Part shown: positions 25,747-37,917 of the stretch, in pieces | How positions within the stretch are numbered: position 1 is the stretch's first letter | Layout: every line of letters starts with the position of its first letter | Source: Mobula hypostoma | Lineage: Eukaryota | Direction: 5' to 3' | DNA length: 64,000 nucleotides | Assembly: GCF_963921235.1 (NCBI RefSeq) | Contig: NC_086109.1 | Span: 73,408,001-73,472,000, forward strand | The notes under the pieces: model-generated | Databases searched by the model: none | Told to the model about the DNA's origin: nothing | What the model saw: the letters and a program-made list of their open reading frames with translations, nothing else | Translations under genes and position numbers: made by a program

Positions 25747-26879
25747 GGTACCCTGGAAGCATCTCACTCAACCACCATCAGTAGTGGAGCTGGCTTGGAT
25801 TTTGGGTGCTACTGGAGCACTGATGGAATGTTTGCAAATTTCCCTGCAATTCCGTGACATTGACTTGTGTTTGTAGCACAACTGCTAAATAACAAAGAAA
25901 ACAAAGAATAGATCCTGAAATAATATGAAGATTTGATTAGCAACAAGGTTTAAAGCTATGAGGAAAAAAAACTCCGCATAGTAGTCCCAGAACAGATGAA
26001 ATCAGTGGGGCAGACAAAACCAAGTTAAATATTTAAAAAGAAAGTGAGAATAAAGCGAAGAATGGTATATTAATGCATTGAAAAATAAGTAGTCATTAAC
26101 TTCACTGAGGTGAAGGTGAGAAGTGTCAGGACTAGTTAAATTTGCTTAAATAATTCCAGTTAATATGGAAATTACAAAAGATAAAGATCAAGAAGTTCCA
26201 AATAAAATGTTCAGGAAGCAACTGAGACATTAATAATAATTTTCAGGAAGTTATAGCAATGAAGTAGAGTGAAAATTAACAGCTATGGCAATATATTGGG
26301 TAAGAAGTTTAAAGACTCAAACAGATTGATGAAGTTCTAGAATTTGGTCCGGCCTGACCAATTAGACAAGGAGATGGCTTGTGTGACAGAGTACCACAGA
26401 CCAAAGGAATTGAAAATAATGGCCTTGAATTTTCCCAACTTCTTTTGCAGGATATTTAGGCTCATTATCACAGGGAACAAATCAAGAAAAGTCCAGGAGA
26501 TGAAAGAGGGCCGCAATCAGCTACCATGTGGAAGTTGAACCGGTGCCCACAAAGAATGCAGAGCTCTGTGTAGGTTAAATGCACACAGCTATGTGATTCT
26601 CCTCTAGTTGTTACCGCCATTTCTCTTCACTTAAGTTTATAAGAAGACCTTTTCAAAGTTTTACACCATCACTTACAACAGAGCCATACAAGAGAAGCAT
26701 AATGCCTTTTCTGCTGAATTTTGACCTGCATTTCATGGGTTCCACAGTTCTCTATGTTCACCAACCACCACCCACCCCCCTGTGACTTTCCTTATTAATC
26801 TAAAAGATTAATATCATCAAGAGATCATCACCAGAATAATCCTGGCTTCATACAATCAGAGGTGCTTCCTATGTCCTAT

Positions 26880-27050
26880 CTATCCATCCCCTACCCTCCT
26901 GCAATTTAAAAACAACTTATTTTCTTTCTTTCTCATTTCTAATGAAGAGTCGTCAACCTGAAACATTGGCTGTTTCTCAATTCATGACTGATTATTGAAC
27001 GTTTTCAGCATTTTCTGCTTTGATTTCAAATTTAAAGCACCTGTAGATTT
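26880..27050 (+). mobile_element. Highly diverged Penelope-type terminus
   Basis: CTAATGAAGAGTC..CCTGAAACATT..CAGCATTTTCTG..GCACCTGTAG; same layout as the younger copies. Confidence 0.5.
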
Positions 27051-28667
27051 ATTTTGACTTTAACAAGAGAAACATCTTTTAAGAATATAGTCAAGAGCTA
27101 GTCTCCAGAAATCTCAAAATCATGAAATTTTCTTTCTCTTTCACATGAGGATCTTGTGTTGAAGAATCATTAAGAACAGGGAATCTTGAACGTTTGACAA
27201 AATAATTAAAACTAATACTGTCAAGCACTGAGTCAAAACAAATGAAAAATATCGATGGACACTAATTTAGATTCAATAGCTTTTTGACTAAGGAAATATT
27301 CAGAATAGCTGCATTCAGGCATCAATTTTTAAATGTGAAATGTTGCAACTGCTGAGCAGATATAACAAACTAGTTAGATTTTATGGCTAATTTGATCGAG
27401 GTAGAACAGCTTCTCAAGTACGCCAAAATGTTTTCTTTAAGTCACTGGCATAAAAAAAATGCTAAGACTGGAAAATTCCAGTGCCTTACCTTGTTCACAC
27501 ATCTTAAAAGCACCTGCTGGTACCAATATTGCTATTAGAATGTATTTGTTACTGATATAGCTATAGAGATGGTAAGCTAACGTTGATGGTATACAAATTC
27601 ATTTGAAATATTTTTTAAAAGTGTATACAGTTGGGTTTAATAAGTTGTACAATTTATGATGGGAAAGGAAAGAAAACTCATTTTATGTTTGCGCTTTTAT
27701 CTATTAATGTTTGGAGCTGGTACCCAAAAGCTGGCTAGAATACAATAGGGGACATTATTGAGAAATAAATACGAGGAATTTGCCACAGCTTAACTGCTAG
27801 TCATCTCTTACTTCTGAACTAAGTGGTATGAAACTGGAACTGGGCTAAATGGTTTCCATCTCCAGATGAAAGACCATTCTACACTGACAACTGGCAAAAA
27901 CACACATAAAATGGAGAAAAACACAAACATTCAAAAAAAGTAAAACCCAATGTCCTCTGGACGGAAGAGGATGCAATGGAATTACAGTCCAGTTAATTGA
28001 AAAATGAGACATACTGTTCTTTTAATTGCAATGTTCTATACTAAGCATTTATTTTGATTCAGCTAAATAACTGGGGGATGAAAATAATGACTACTGAGGA
28101 ATAAACCTTCTGTGCATCATTTCCAATCATTTTGGTGGATGCTTATGACTGAACTAATGTCCTCAGTTTGTTCTCTGTGTATTTTTAGAAACTGGTGGCA
28201 GCAGATAACACTGATGCAAGCAAACCAGATCTGGTGGCCTGATTTTAAACACATAAACTGCATCACTGTGAAGTTATTTCTTAGCCTTCAAGTTCTGTTT
28301 TTAAACAGATAACTCAATGATACAAGTTCACATTGCGAAAGCACCATTTTTTTCTTTGTCTGCATTACTATAGGTAAAATGTCATACGTTCCTCCTAGAA
28401 TTTCAAAGTAGAAGCATTCCTTCATACAGGTCATTCCCACACAGAATCAAAACAATCTTCTTTGACGCAATAACACCAGTCGCTGCTGAAGTTTCCTTAC
28501 AGAGGTGCAAATTGATACAATCAAACTTAGAATGCCAACAATAAGAAAGAAAGTCAGCTTTCAAAGCATTTTGGAGAGTCGTTGAACCTCTTTCATGATG
28601 ATATTTGAAGGAGAAAAGACAGACAGAAATGATACATTAAAATATATAAATAATCTCACTTATATGT

Positions 28668-28985
28668 TATAGAGTCATACAGAAATCAGGCCCTTCAGCC
28701 CATTTAGTCTGTATTGATCAACTCTCCCCACTGGATCTTCAACCTCTCCTCCATACCCAACCAACCCCTGCCCCACCAACCCTCAAGTTTCTATCGCTCA
28801 CCTACAAACTTGAAGAAATTTGCAGTAACCAATTAATCTAACAATACATGTCTTTAGGATGTGGGTGGAAACTGGAAATCTTGAGGAAACCCATGCAGTT
28901 TCAGGAAGAAACATGTAAACTTCAAACAGACTGCACTCAAGGTCAGGATTCAATCCTGATCTGTTGTTCTGTGAAAGCAGGTGCT
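28668..28985 (-). mobile_element. V-SINE fragment
   Basis: GGATGTGGGTGGAAACTGG..GGAAACCCATGCAG..ACATGTAAACTTC plus CR1-type tail. Confidence 0.7.
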
Positions 28986-29106
28986 CAGTGGAAACCAGGA
29001 AAAGCAAGCATCTATAGTCAGGAATTAGTGAAGTTTGCATCAGTGAGTGATTGAACATCACAATATTCTTCAAACAGACCAGTGAAAGCTTCCACCACGA
29101 GTGCCA

Positions 29107-29435
29107 CAACCTTGTTGTTAGGGGGTTTGTGGGCTTGCATGCCTCAATGACCCAAAAAGCTATGTTGGCTAAAGTTAGAGCCTTGGGCTTTGGTTCCTGA
29201 TAGGGTCACTCATGACAAACAGGTCAAAGTGTAGAGGCTAGAACAAGGCTGATCCACCGGACCTCCAGATTTGGGGGTTCAACTCCGGGCCAACAACACT
29301 GACTGGTCAAAAAAATTGTTACAGAAACAGCCATGAAGAATTATTCTTTATCTGTGGTCAACAATATGGACAGACAGAGATGGAAGACCTTTGCTGCCCT
29401 AAATCCCTGTAGCAGAATGGGTTATAGGAGTAAGA
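29107..29435 (+). mobile_element. Bipartite RTE-derived non-autonomous element (5'UTR plus 3' end)
   Basis: CAACCTTGTTG..GGCTTGCATGCCTCAATGACCC..AGCTATG..GGGTCAC resembles RTE/BovB 5'UTR heads. Second copy at 50313-50640. Confidence 0.65.
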
Positions 29436-29439
29436 GAAA

Positions 29440-30840
29440 AAGTTTGTGTAGATTGATGAAAGACAGGTCATAGCTGGCAAATCATATTTAATTGTTTGAA
29501 GAGATGCCTCAAGAAATTAATAACAAAATAAGGAAATGTCTATTGATATTTATACGAAGATTTCCAGAAGACATAATAAATTGCCTTACATGTATGAGTA
29601 TCAGTCACTAATACCAACATCCATGTATTCAATAACTACAATGGATACAAATGGTAATCCATGCCCTATGTATTTAATGCAAGCAGCTAAAGATACATTT
29701 CTTTTACTTTTATCTATAAAGTTAAAGCTTAACAAATTAGAAGCAAATTGTTAAAGTGGTAAAGAAATTGCCCAAGCAGCAAAATCAAGGGTTAATATAC
29801 ATTGACTCATTTGAGCTGAATGTGATTTATTGAGTTCATAAGGACCTGTGTTGGAGCTGCAACCACTCGCCATATTTATATACTTCAAGCAGCACACATA
29901 ACTTTGCTCATGGCATGGAGGTAGAATTGTTCCAAGTGCTAAACAGCATTAAATTGCAAAACTTATTTGAGCACCCAGTTAAAAGACTTTTACATCAATG
30001 CCTGCAAAGTTAAACTGAGGTGCTTTCTGAGGAGAGCAAAGTAAAATTATTTTTTAAGGAAAAACAAGCTGCTCTCTAATACACTGATGCTTGAGGGAGA
30101 ATGTGTGCATGAATCAGTTGCAGCATCTCTGACACTGAAACAGCAACAATATTTCAATAGCCCTTTTTCAGATACAAAAAGCCACAAGAAGCAATACTCA
30201 AATGGAAGTTCTTTTCCTTTTAGCAGGCTGAATGAATACACATGAATGGGAGGCCATCCATCTTGGAGCGAGAACTCCAATTTATAATGGCAAGAAAAGG
30301 AGAGGAGTGAAAATCCAAGTGATTGAGGGGCCTGTCTACATAGATAATTAAAATATGAAGGATGGTTCAGGAACATAATTGAGAAGAGCAACAGGATCTG
30401 ACCTGTTGTTCTAAGAGGTAGCAGACCTCGAAGTTGTTAGATAGTATACAGCAGAGTCCTGATTTGAGCACAAACGAAGCACTTCACATATTCTAGGCAC
30501 CAGACCCTACGAAGGATATTGGCAAAGAAAGGAGTGAAGTGAAGCTTTATCAAAATGACACCCGGACTCCAAGGAGAGATTACACAAGTAAGACATATTC
30601 TTTAAAATTTGGGAAGAAAAAAAAATGTGGCCCCATTGAGGCAAGATGGTAGGAGAGCTGATATTAATTTACACTGATATAGTTAAGTCAAAAATATTAA
30701 AGCCTCCTCTATGACACTCTCTTTTATAAGTAACTTGCTAATTTTGAATCAGAGGCTGATATTGTTAACTAAAGATATTGGTGCACATATACAGCATGAA
30801 GATGGGTATTTGGAGTCAGCCTTTAATGGCTTGTAGTGTT
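29440..30840 (+). mobile_element. Very old CR1-like remnants, discontinuous
   Basis: Degenerate pieces such as TTGATATTTATACGAAGATTTCCAGAAGAC and GGACCTGTGTTGGAGC. Confidence 0.4.
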
Positions 30841-31597
30841 TGATTTTTCACATCTCGATGAGGAATTTATTCATCATAGGCTTGGTCTATATTCATTCAA
30901 AAAGAACGTCTGTAAAATTACCTGAGGGTTTCAACACTCTGGAATTCAAGTATTACAGCACTTCAGTTATTTCAAAGTCATGGTTTATGCTTTTGTTTAC
31001 TGGTTGTCATAACTTCCCATATGTTTAGAGAAAGTATGTTCACACCAGGAAGTGTAGAACATCATTGGACACCTACGTGAGCAAACTGAACCTCACCACT
31101 TGCTATAATTAGAAGAAAAATAAATTTAGCCTTGAGGAGTAACACAGTAGATTGCAGTTAATTGTGTCATCAATTAATCGGGGAGTCACTTATTTGGGAC
31201 AACTCTTAAAGAACAAAAATTAATCTAGAAAATAGCCAGGATAGTTGGGACAAAATGCCGCTTAATTAGGGTAGGAGACTGTTGTAGAATATTTTCTAAC
31301 TAGCATCAAGTCTTGAGCACGTCGTGTGGCCCTTAGACACTACACCGTGCTTAGAGCAAACAGTTTTTAAATAGTGTCAGTTGTGTGCATTTGTGTTTAA
31401 AAAGCAGTGATTTTTGTCATTGATAGTTGGTGAGAAGTAAGCAGTAAGATAATTCAGAACTGTTTTGTTCACTGCGTTTTCAAGCATTCTGACATGGAAA
31501 TGTCCGAAACAGCCAGAAGCGAAAATGAAATGATTTCACTACTTCAATTTCGGAACTACAAAGAATTTGAAGGTGTCAACAATCACCTTGAATGTTA

Positions 31598-32060
31598 TCT
31601 TTGGTCCCCATCTGACACTCAGCTCTTACCTGTGGCTCTAAGTAGCTGTTTGCACATGACAGTTTCCACACCCTAGTACATTGCATCGACAAGAGGGCTA
31701 AACTAGGCGAGGGTAGCAGCAGATCTCGTACTCCTATGAGAGAGGGATATACCCGTCCTAGCACGCGAAGTCAGCTCCAGCAGACTGCGCAGATGAGATC
31801 TACAGTGACATCCAAAGGCTAGGAAGGCAGTTCTGCAACTCTACATGGACAGCAAAGGGCACGACGAGACACAAGTCGAAATCATCCAGAGCATTCAGGG
31901 AAGACCTCTGTCGTGATGTCTACTTGTCCACTTGACCCAAACCTCCGGGGTCAAGGGAGTGAAACTGCCCCAGTGTAGGAGCTTTTTTTTTTGACAAAAA
32001 ACCTTAAAAACACTCTTCTGCACAGGTTTCCTGTTACTACTGGATACAACATACAACCAC
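31598..32060 (-). mobile_element. Foreign insert of about 460 bp, probably derived from an RTE-clade 5' region
   Basis: GC-richer block absent from Tigger copy 2. The family call is from recalled resemblance only. Confidence 0.5.
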
Positions 32061-32534
32061 CAGTACTATTAGCAGTATTCTAATTTGTTCTGTATTTCAT
32101 TTAAATACATAATTTGTAACTCGATTAAACAGCTGTTTGCCTTTTTTAAAAAATAACCTTTTAAACTATTTCCTTTCTTTTCTTTTTAAATCTTTTTATT
32201 GAGTAAGTATACAAAAAAGGTAAGCCATATAAACATTAATACAATGTTAAAGTACAATAAAATTCCAAAAGATAACAATACCAAAAAGAAAATACTACAA
32301 ACAATGTAATTTAAGCATAAGAAACCAAGATAACATAATAGTATACTAGATTTTATATATATCAATGGAAAAAAAAAGAAAAAAAAAACCCCCAAAAAAA
32401 ATCCCACCGTGCAACTACCTAAAAGCAAAGCAAAGCAATGGGCTAACTTGAAACCAAACAGAGTTAAACTTAAAATCACGTCCTCAATCCCGACCTCCAT
32501 TAAAACAGTGAAAAAAAAACAAGAAGGGTAAATA

Positions 32535-35500
32535 TTACATTAAATGAAAATATCGAATAAAAGGTCCCCAAATCTGTTCAAATTTAAATGAAGAATCATA
32601 AAGGTTACTTCTAATTTTCTCCAGATTCAAACATAAAATCGTCTGAGAAAACCAAAAAAAGGTAGTTGGAGCATTAAGCTCTTTCCAATGTTGTAAAATA
32701 CATCTTTTCGCCATTAAAGTAAGAAATGCAATCATTCTACGGGCTGAAGGGGAAAGATTACTAGAAATTTTAGGTAGTCCAAAGATAGCAGTAATAGGGT
32801 GAGGAGAGATATCTATATTTAATACCTTAGAAATAATATTGAAAATATCTCTCCAAAAAGTTTCCAAAGTAGGGCAAGACCAAAACATATGAGTTAAAGA
32901 GGCTATCTGCCCCGAACATCTATCACAGAAAGGATTAATATGCGAGTAAAAACGCGCTAACTTATCTTTGGACATATGTGCTCTATGAACCACTTTAAAT
33001 TGAATTAGGGAATGTTTAGCACAAATAGAGGAAGTATTAACTAATTGTAAAATCTGCCCCCAATCATCCACAGAAATGGTAAGCCCCAATTCCTGTTCCC
33101 AATCTACCCTAATCTTATCAAATGGAGCTTTCCTAAGTTTCATAATAATATTATAAATCATAGCCGATGCACCTTTCTGACATGGATTAAGGTTAATTAT
33201 CGAATCTAAAATATATATAGGAGGAAGCATTGGAAAGGAAGAAAGTATAGTACTTAGGAAATTTCTAACTTGTAAATATCTAAAAAAATGTATTCTTGAT
33301 AAGTTATATTTATTAGATAATTGTTCAAAAGACATAAGGGAACCATCTAAAAATAAATCCAAAAACCGTAAAATACCCTTAGTCTTCCAAGTTTGAAAAG
33401 CGCGATCCGTAAAAGAGGGAGGAAAAAATATGTTGCCTAAAATAGGAATCGCTAACCCGAATTGATTAAGATCAAAAAATTGTCTGAATTGAAACCAAAT
33501 GCGCAAAGCATATTTAACTATCGGGTTAGAGACCTGCTTAAGGCGTTTCGAATCAAAAGGAAGAGAGGAACCTAAAATAGAACCAAGTGTATAACCCTGA
33601 ACAGATTGTAATTCCAATGCTACCCATTTAGGAATAGATAGTATGTCCCGGTCAAGTAACCAAAATTTCATATGTCGAATATTAATAGCCCAATAATAAA
33701 ATCTAAAGTTAGGTAATGCTAAACCTCCATCTCTCTTAGCTTTCTGTAAATGTATTTTACCCAGTCTCGGATTCTTATTCTGCCAAATAAATGAAGAAAT
33801 TTTAGAGTCAACTTTATCAAAAAAAGATTTAGGAACGAAAATTGGTAATGCCTGAAACACATATAAAAATTTTGGCAAAAAAAACATCTTAACTGCATTA
33901 ATACGACCAATCAAAGTTAAATATAAGGGAAACCATTTAGATGAAAGTTGAGTAATATGGTCTATTAATGGTAAAAAGTTAGTCTTAAATAAATCTTTAT
34001 GTTTACAAGTAATTTTAATCCCAAGATATGAAAAGTAATTATTAATCAATTTAAATGGAAATTTATAATATAAGGGAAGATGTTTATTAATCGGAAAAAG
34101 TTCACTCTTACTAAGATTTAATTTATAACCTGAGAAAAGACCAAATTGTGCTAATAACTCTAAAACAGCAGGAATGGATCTCTCAGGATTAGAAATATAT
34201 AAAAGTAAATCATCAGCATAGAGTGATAATTTATGGGACTTTAATCCCCGAGTTATCCCAGTAATATTTGAAGATTCTCGAATAGCAATTGCAAGAGGTT
34301 CTAATGCAATATCAAATAATAGGGGACTAAGAGGACAGCCTTGTCGAGTACCACGAAAGAGAGGAAAAAAAGGTGAGTTTAAGGAGTTAGTACGAACCGA
34401 GGCTACAGGGGAGTGATATAACAGTTTAATCCAGGATATAAATTTCAGGCTAAAATTAAACATTTCAAGCACCTTAAATAAATAAGGCCATTCTACTCTA
34501 TCAAAAGCTTTCTCGGCATCTAAAGAAATAACACACTCAGGAACATTTTGTGAGGGAGTATAAACGATATTTAACAATGTACGAATATTATAAAAAGAGT
34601 AACGACCTTTAATAAAACCCGTTTGGTCTTCCGAAATAATAGAAGGAAGTACTTTTTCTAGTCTATTTGCTAATAACTTAGAAAAAACTTTAGAATCAAC
34701 ATTTAATAAAGATATTGGTCTATAAGATGCACATTGAGCAGGGTCTTTATCCTTCTTTAGTATTAAAGAAATTGATGCTCTATTAAAAGATTCCGGAAGT
34801 TTACCAAGTTTCAAAGAAGCCTCAAAAACCTTATAGAGCCAAGGAATCAATAAAGAAGCAAAACATTTATAAAATTCAACGGTAAACCCATCAGGGCCAG
34901 GAGCTTTCCCCAGATTCATAGAAAAAATAACATTCTTAATCTCATCCATTGTAATGGAAGTATCTAATAAAGAAGACATATCCTGTGAAATCTGAGGGAA
35001 GTCTAACTTATCTAAAAAATCATTCATATATTTAGAATCTCGAGGAGACTCTGATTGATATAAAGAAGAATAAAAATCACAAAAGGTTTGATTAATCCCC
35101 ACATGATCCAATATCAATCGATCATTTTGGTTATAAATCTGATTGATTTGAGATTTAACATAATTAGATTTCAATTGATTAGCCAGCAGCTTGCCAATTT
35201 TATCACTGTGAACATAAAAATCACTTCTTGTTTTCTTTAATTGGTTTACAATCGAGGACGAGAGTAGTAAACTGTGTTCCATTTGAAGTTCAGTTCTTTG
35301 TTTGTATAGCTCCTCAGAAGGAGCCATAACATATTTCTTATCAATTTCTTTAATCTTGTCCACAATTGCCATCTCCTCCTGCTTCTGTTTCTTCCTCAAA
35401 GCAACGGAATACGAAATAATCTGACCCCGAATATAGGCTTTAAAAGTGTCCCAAAGAGTGTTAACCGAAATATCTTCTGTATGGTTAATTGTAAAAAAAA

Positions 35501-36311
35501 GCTCAATCTGTTCATTCATAAAATTAACAAAGTCCGAGTCCTGAAGCAACAGCGAATTAAAACGCCATTGTCTATTGTTTGGTATATTGGCCATAATTTT
35601 AATAGAAAGCTTAAGTGGAGCATGATCCGAAATGGTTATAGAATCATAATCACATTTAATCACTGAAGGAATGAGACGAGAATCAATGAAAAAATAATCA
35701 ATTCTTGAATAGGAATGATGAACATGTGAAAAGAAGGAAAAATCTTTTTCCTGAGGATGCAGAAAACGCCAAATGTCCGTCGACCCAGAATCAGAAAGGA
35801 AAAAATTAATCAAATTTGCAGATTTATTAGGTAAAGTCCGTAAAGGAGCCGAACGGTCCAAAGCTGGAGATAAACAGGTATTAAGATCTCCGCCCCAAAT
35901 CAATGAAAACTCGTTCAAATTCGGAAACTGATCAAACAATGATTTATAAAATTCCGGACAATCCATATTAGGAGCATAAACATTAACCAAAACTACTTTT
36001 TTATTAAATAGTAAACCACTAACCAGTAAAAATCTACCATTCGGATCAGAGATAATATCCTGTTGTATAAAAGTAACTGAGGAGTCTATAAAAATAGAGA
36101 CACCTCGAATCTTAGCATTGGAGTTCGAATGAAATTGTTGTCCCTTCCAGAATTTGAAAAAACGTAGTCTGTCCCCCCTCCGTACATGGGTCTCTTGTAA
36201 AAATAAAATTTGTGCTTTAAGTCTCCGGAACACTTTAAAAACTTTTTTCCTTTTAATAGGATGATTAAGACCATTAGTATTCCAGGAGACAAAATTAATA
36301 ATAGACTCCAT
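32535..36311 (-). CDS. L1 ORF2p (APE endonuclease, reverse transcriptase, CCHC), 1258 aa from ATG 36311
   Basis: Endonuclease motifs SWNTNGL, FLQETH, GGDLN, SRIDY, SDHAP. RT motifs KAPGPDGF, YRPISLLN, SLDAEKAFDRVEW, GTRQGCPLSPLLF, YADD, YLGI. Zinc knuckle CDRC..HMFWSC. No stops or frameshifts. Confidence 0.96.
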   Translation of the reverse strand: MESIINFVSWNTNGLNHPIKRKKVFKVFRRLKAQILFLQETHVRRGDRLRFFKFWKGQQFHSNSNAKIRGVSIFIDSSVTFIQQDIISDPNGRFLLVSGLLFNKKVVLVNVYAPNMDCPEFYKSLFDQFPNLNEFSLIWGGDLNTCLSPALDRSAPLRTLPNKSANLINFFLSDSGSTDIWRFLHPQEKDFSFFSHVHHSYSRIDYFFIDSRLIPSVIKCDYDSITISDHAPLKLSIKIMANIPNNRQWRFNSLLLQDSDFVNFMNEQIELFFTINHTEDISVNTLWDTFKAYIRGQIISYSVALRKKQKQEEMAIVDKIKEIDKKYVMAPSEELYKQRTELQMEHSLLLSSSIVNQLKKTRSDFYVHSDKIGKLLANQLKSNYVKSQINQIYNQNDRLILDHVGINQTFCDFYSSLYQSESPRDSKYMNDFLDKLDFPQISQDMSSLLDTSITMDEIKNVIFSMNLGKAPGPDGFTVEFYKCFASLLIPWLYKVFEASLKLGKLPESFNRASISLILKKDKDPAQCASYRPISLLNVDSKVFSKLLANRLEKVLPSIISEDQTGFIKGRYSFYNIRTLLNIVYTPSQNVPECVISLDAEKAFDRVEWPYLFKVLEMFNFSLKFISWIKLLYHSPVASVRTNSLNSPFFPLFRGTRQGCPLSPLLFDIALEPLAIAIRESSNITGITRGLKSHKLSLYADDLLLYISNPERSIPAVLELLAQFGLFSGYKLNLSKSELFPINKHLPLYYKFPFKLINNYFSYLGIKITCKHKDLFKTNFLPLIDHITQLSSKWFPLYLTLIGRINAVKMFFLPKFLYVFQALPIFVPKSFFDKVDSKISSFIWQNKNPRLGKIHLQKAKRDGGLALPNFRFYYWAINIRHMKFWLLDRDILSIPKWVALELQSVQGYTLGSILGSSLPFDSKRLKQVSNPIVKYALRIWFQFRQFFDLNQFGLAIPILGNIFFPPSFTDRAFQTWKTKGILRFLDLFLDGSLMSFEQLSNKYNLSRIHFFRYLQVRNFLSTILSSFPMLPPIYILDSIINLNPCQKGASAMIYNIIMKLRKAPFDKIRVDWEQELGLTISVDDWGQILQLVNTSSICAKHSLIQFKVVHRAHMSKDKLARFYSHINPFCDRCSGQIASLTHMFWSCPTLETFWRDIFNIISKVLNIDISPHPITAIFGLPKISSNLSPSARRMIAFLTLMAKRCILQHWKELNAPTTFFWFSQTILCLNLEKIRSNLYDSSFKFEQIWGPFIRYFHLM

Positions 36312-37035
36312 AAATCCTAAAGTCAACCCATAACAAGGAGGATTGACAATAGGCGCGACCCACAAACCCGGAGAGGAAACAGAACATACAAAAGATACCG
36401 GGGAAAAGGACGCAACCAATACTTCAATAATGTATATAGCCCAAAGAGAAACAAACTAAAACGTGAAGCCCCTCCCACCACCCCCCACCCCAAGACCCCA
36501 AGGCGAAATCTAAAGCAGACCCGCCAGAAAGAAGCAAGCGCTAAAACTACCCCCATGACTTCCGGTATACGCTCCCTAAAAAAAAGGTATAAATATGAAA
36601 AGGGTCAGCTAATTGTAAAACAGTAAAAAAATAAGTAAAAAAAAGTTAGCTCAATTAAAATACACACAGAACAGAACAAAAGCCGGAAAGTATATATTAA
36701 AAAAAAACCACAATAAACCTCAAACTCATGAATAGACACAGCAACAGAAAAAAAATAGGATTATTAACATAAAATGATTATAAAAAGCAAAACAGAATAA
36801 AATTTAAAAAAAAACTACAAAATTTAAGGCCGCACAGGAAATACGTAAGATGACAAAAGGGAAGTAACCACTCAGAATCCCCTGGGAAAAGAAAGAAATG
36901 ACGCAGTTAAAAAGAAAGTTTAGCAGCCATATTAAGAAATCGAAAGTAAACTTTTCTGCCCAAATAGGGCACAGAAAAGTTAAAACCAACCAATTCACAG
37001 CCTCCGATCAACGGAGAAAATTTAAAAAAAGGCAA

Positions 37036-37917
37036 TTAAGATGTTGAAGATGAAAGTTGATCCAGATAACTCTGGGCATCCGATGGAGAATCAAAAAAAC
37101 GAAGGGCTCCATCTAACATGCGAATCCTTAGACGTGCAGGGTACAGCAGCGCTGGTCTTAAATCCATCTTATAGAATTCCGACATCACGGATCTATAACG
37201 GACCCGTTGGTCCCAGATTGGTTTACTGAAATCTTCCACGAATCGGAACTTAAGATCCGAAAAATCAATGAAACCTTTAGATCGAGCGAATCGAAACAGT
37301 CTCTCCTTGTCTTGAAAGTAATGAAAACGTAAGATAACATGCCTCGGTCTATCTGACCTAGACGAGTATGATGGGATTCTGTGAACACGATCCAGTAACG
37401 GTGGTTGGTCAGGAAATACAGTAGGGAATGCATCTTTTAAAAGTTGGGAGAAATATTTCATAGGGTTGTTAGCTTCCACGGCTTCCCTGACGCCAATCAT
37501 TCGTAAATTCTGCCGTCGCATTCTAGATTCCAAGTCAGAGTTTTTAAAAGTCAAAAAGTCAAGTTTCTTCTTCATTACATTAATTGTTTCTTCGACTTTC
37601 CCCATCTTAAGCTCACTTTGTTGCGCGGATTTTTGAAGATCAGATATAGCCGACTGATGTTCCGCAATACATGTTTGCATCTTATCAATTAAATCGGCAA
37701 TTTTCTGGAACTTAGTTGAGATTTCCGTATGAATCAGGTCTTTAACAAAGCCCATAATTTCTGTACGAATCATCTCCCTAACAGAGGTTGAAATTTCCCT
37801 CTGAATTAACTCCGATATCGCTTTCAAAGTCACCGGTGATTCAGTCGGAGGGAGATCCGTAGCTTTCGGTTTAACCGGAGGTTTACCATCCTTGCCGTCT
37901 TTCCCGTTCTTAGACAT
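37036..37917 (-). CDS. L1 ORF1p (coiled coil, RRM, CTD; RNA-binding chaperone)
   Basis: Motifs DLESRMRRQNLRMIGVRE, LDRVHR, PRHVILRFH, FVEDFS and LLYPARLR. Start at ATG 37917 (MSKNG) or the in-frame ATG 37944. Confidence 0.92.
   Translation of the reverse strand: MSKNGKDGKDGKPPVKPKATDLPPTESPVTLKAISELIQREISTSVREMIRTEIMGFVKDLIHTEISTKFQKIADLIDKMQTCIAEHQSAISDLQKSAQQSELKMGKVEETINVMKKKLDFLTFKNSDLESRMRRQNLRMIGVREAVEANNPMKYFSQLLKDAFPTVFPDQPPLLDRVHRIPSYSSRSDRPRHVILRFHYFQDKERLFRFARSKGFIDFSDLKFRFVEDFSKPIWDQRVRYRSVMSEFYKMDLRPALLYPARLRIRMLDGALRFFDSPSDAQSYLDQLSSSTS

Noticed and set aside
1-32000. Canonical MEF2A alpha1/alpha2 exons (TLRKKGLNGC or ALNKKEHRGC)
   Set aside because: Searched by eye on the minus strand and in the ORF track and not found; probably beyond the left edge. 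A TBLASTN would settle it.
36312-36419. 36-aa N-terminal extension of L1 ORF2
   Set aside because: It starts at a non-ATG codon, and endonuclease homology begins right after ATG 36311.
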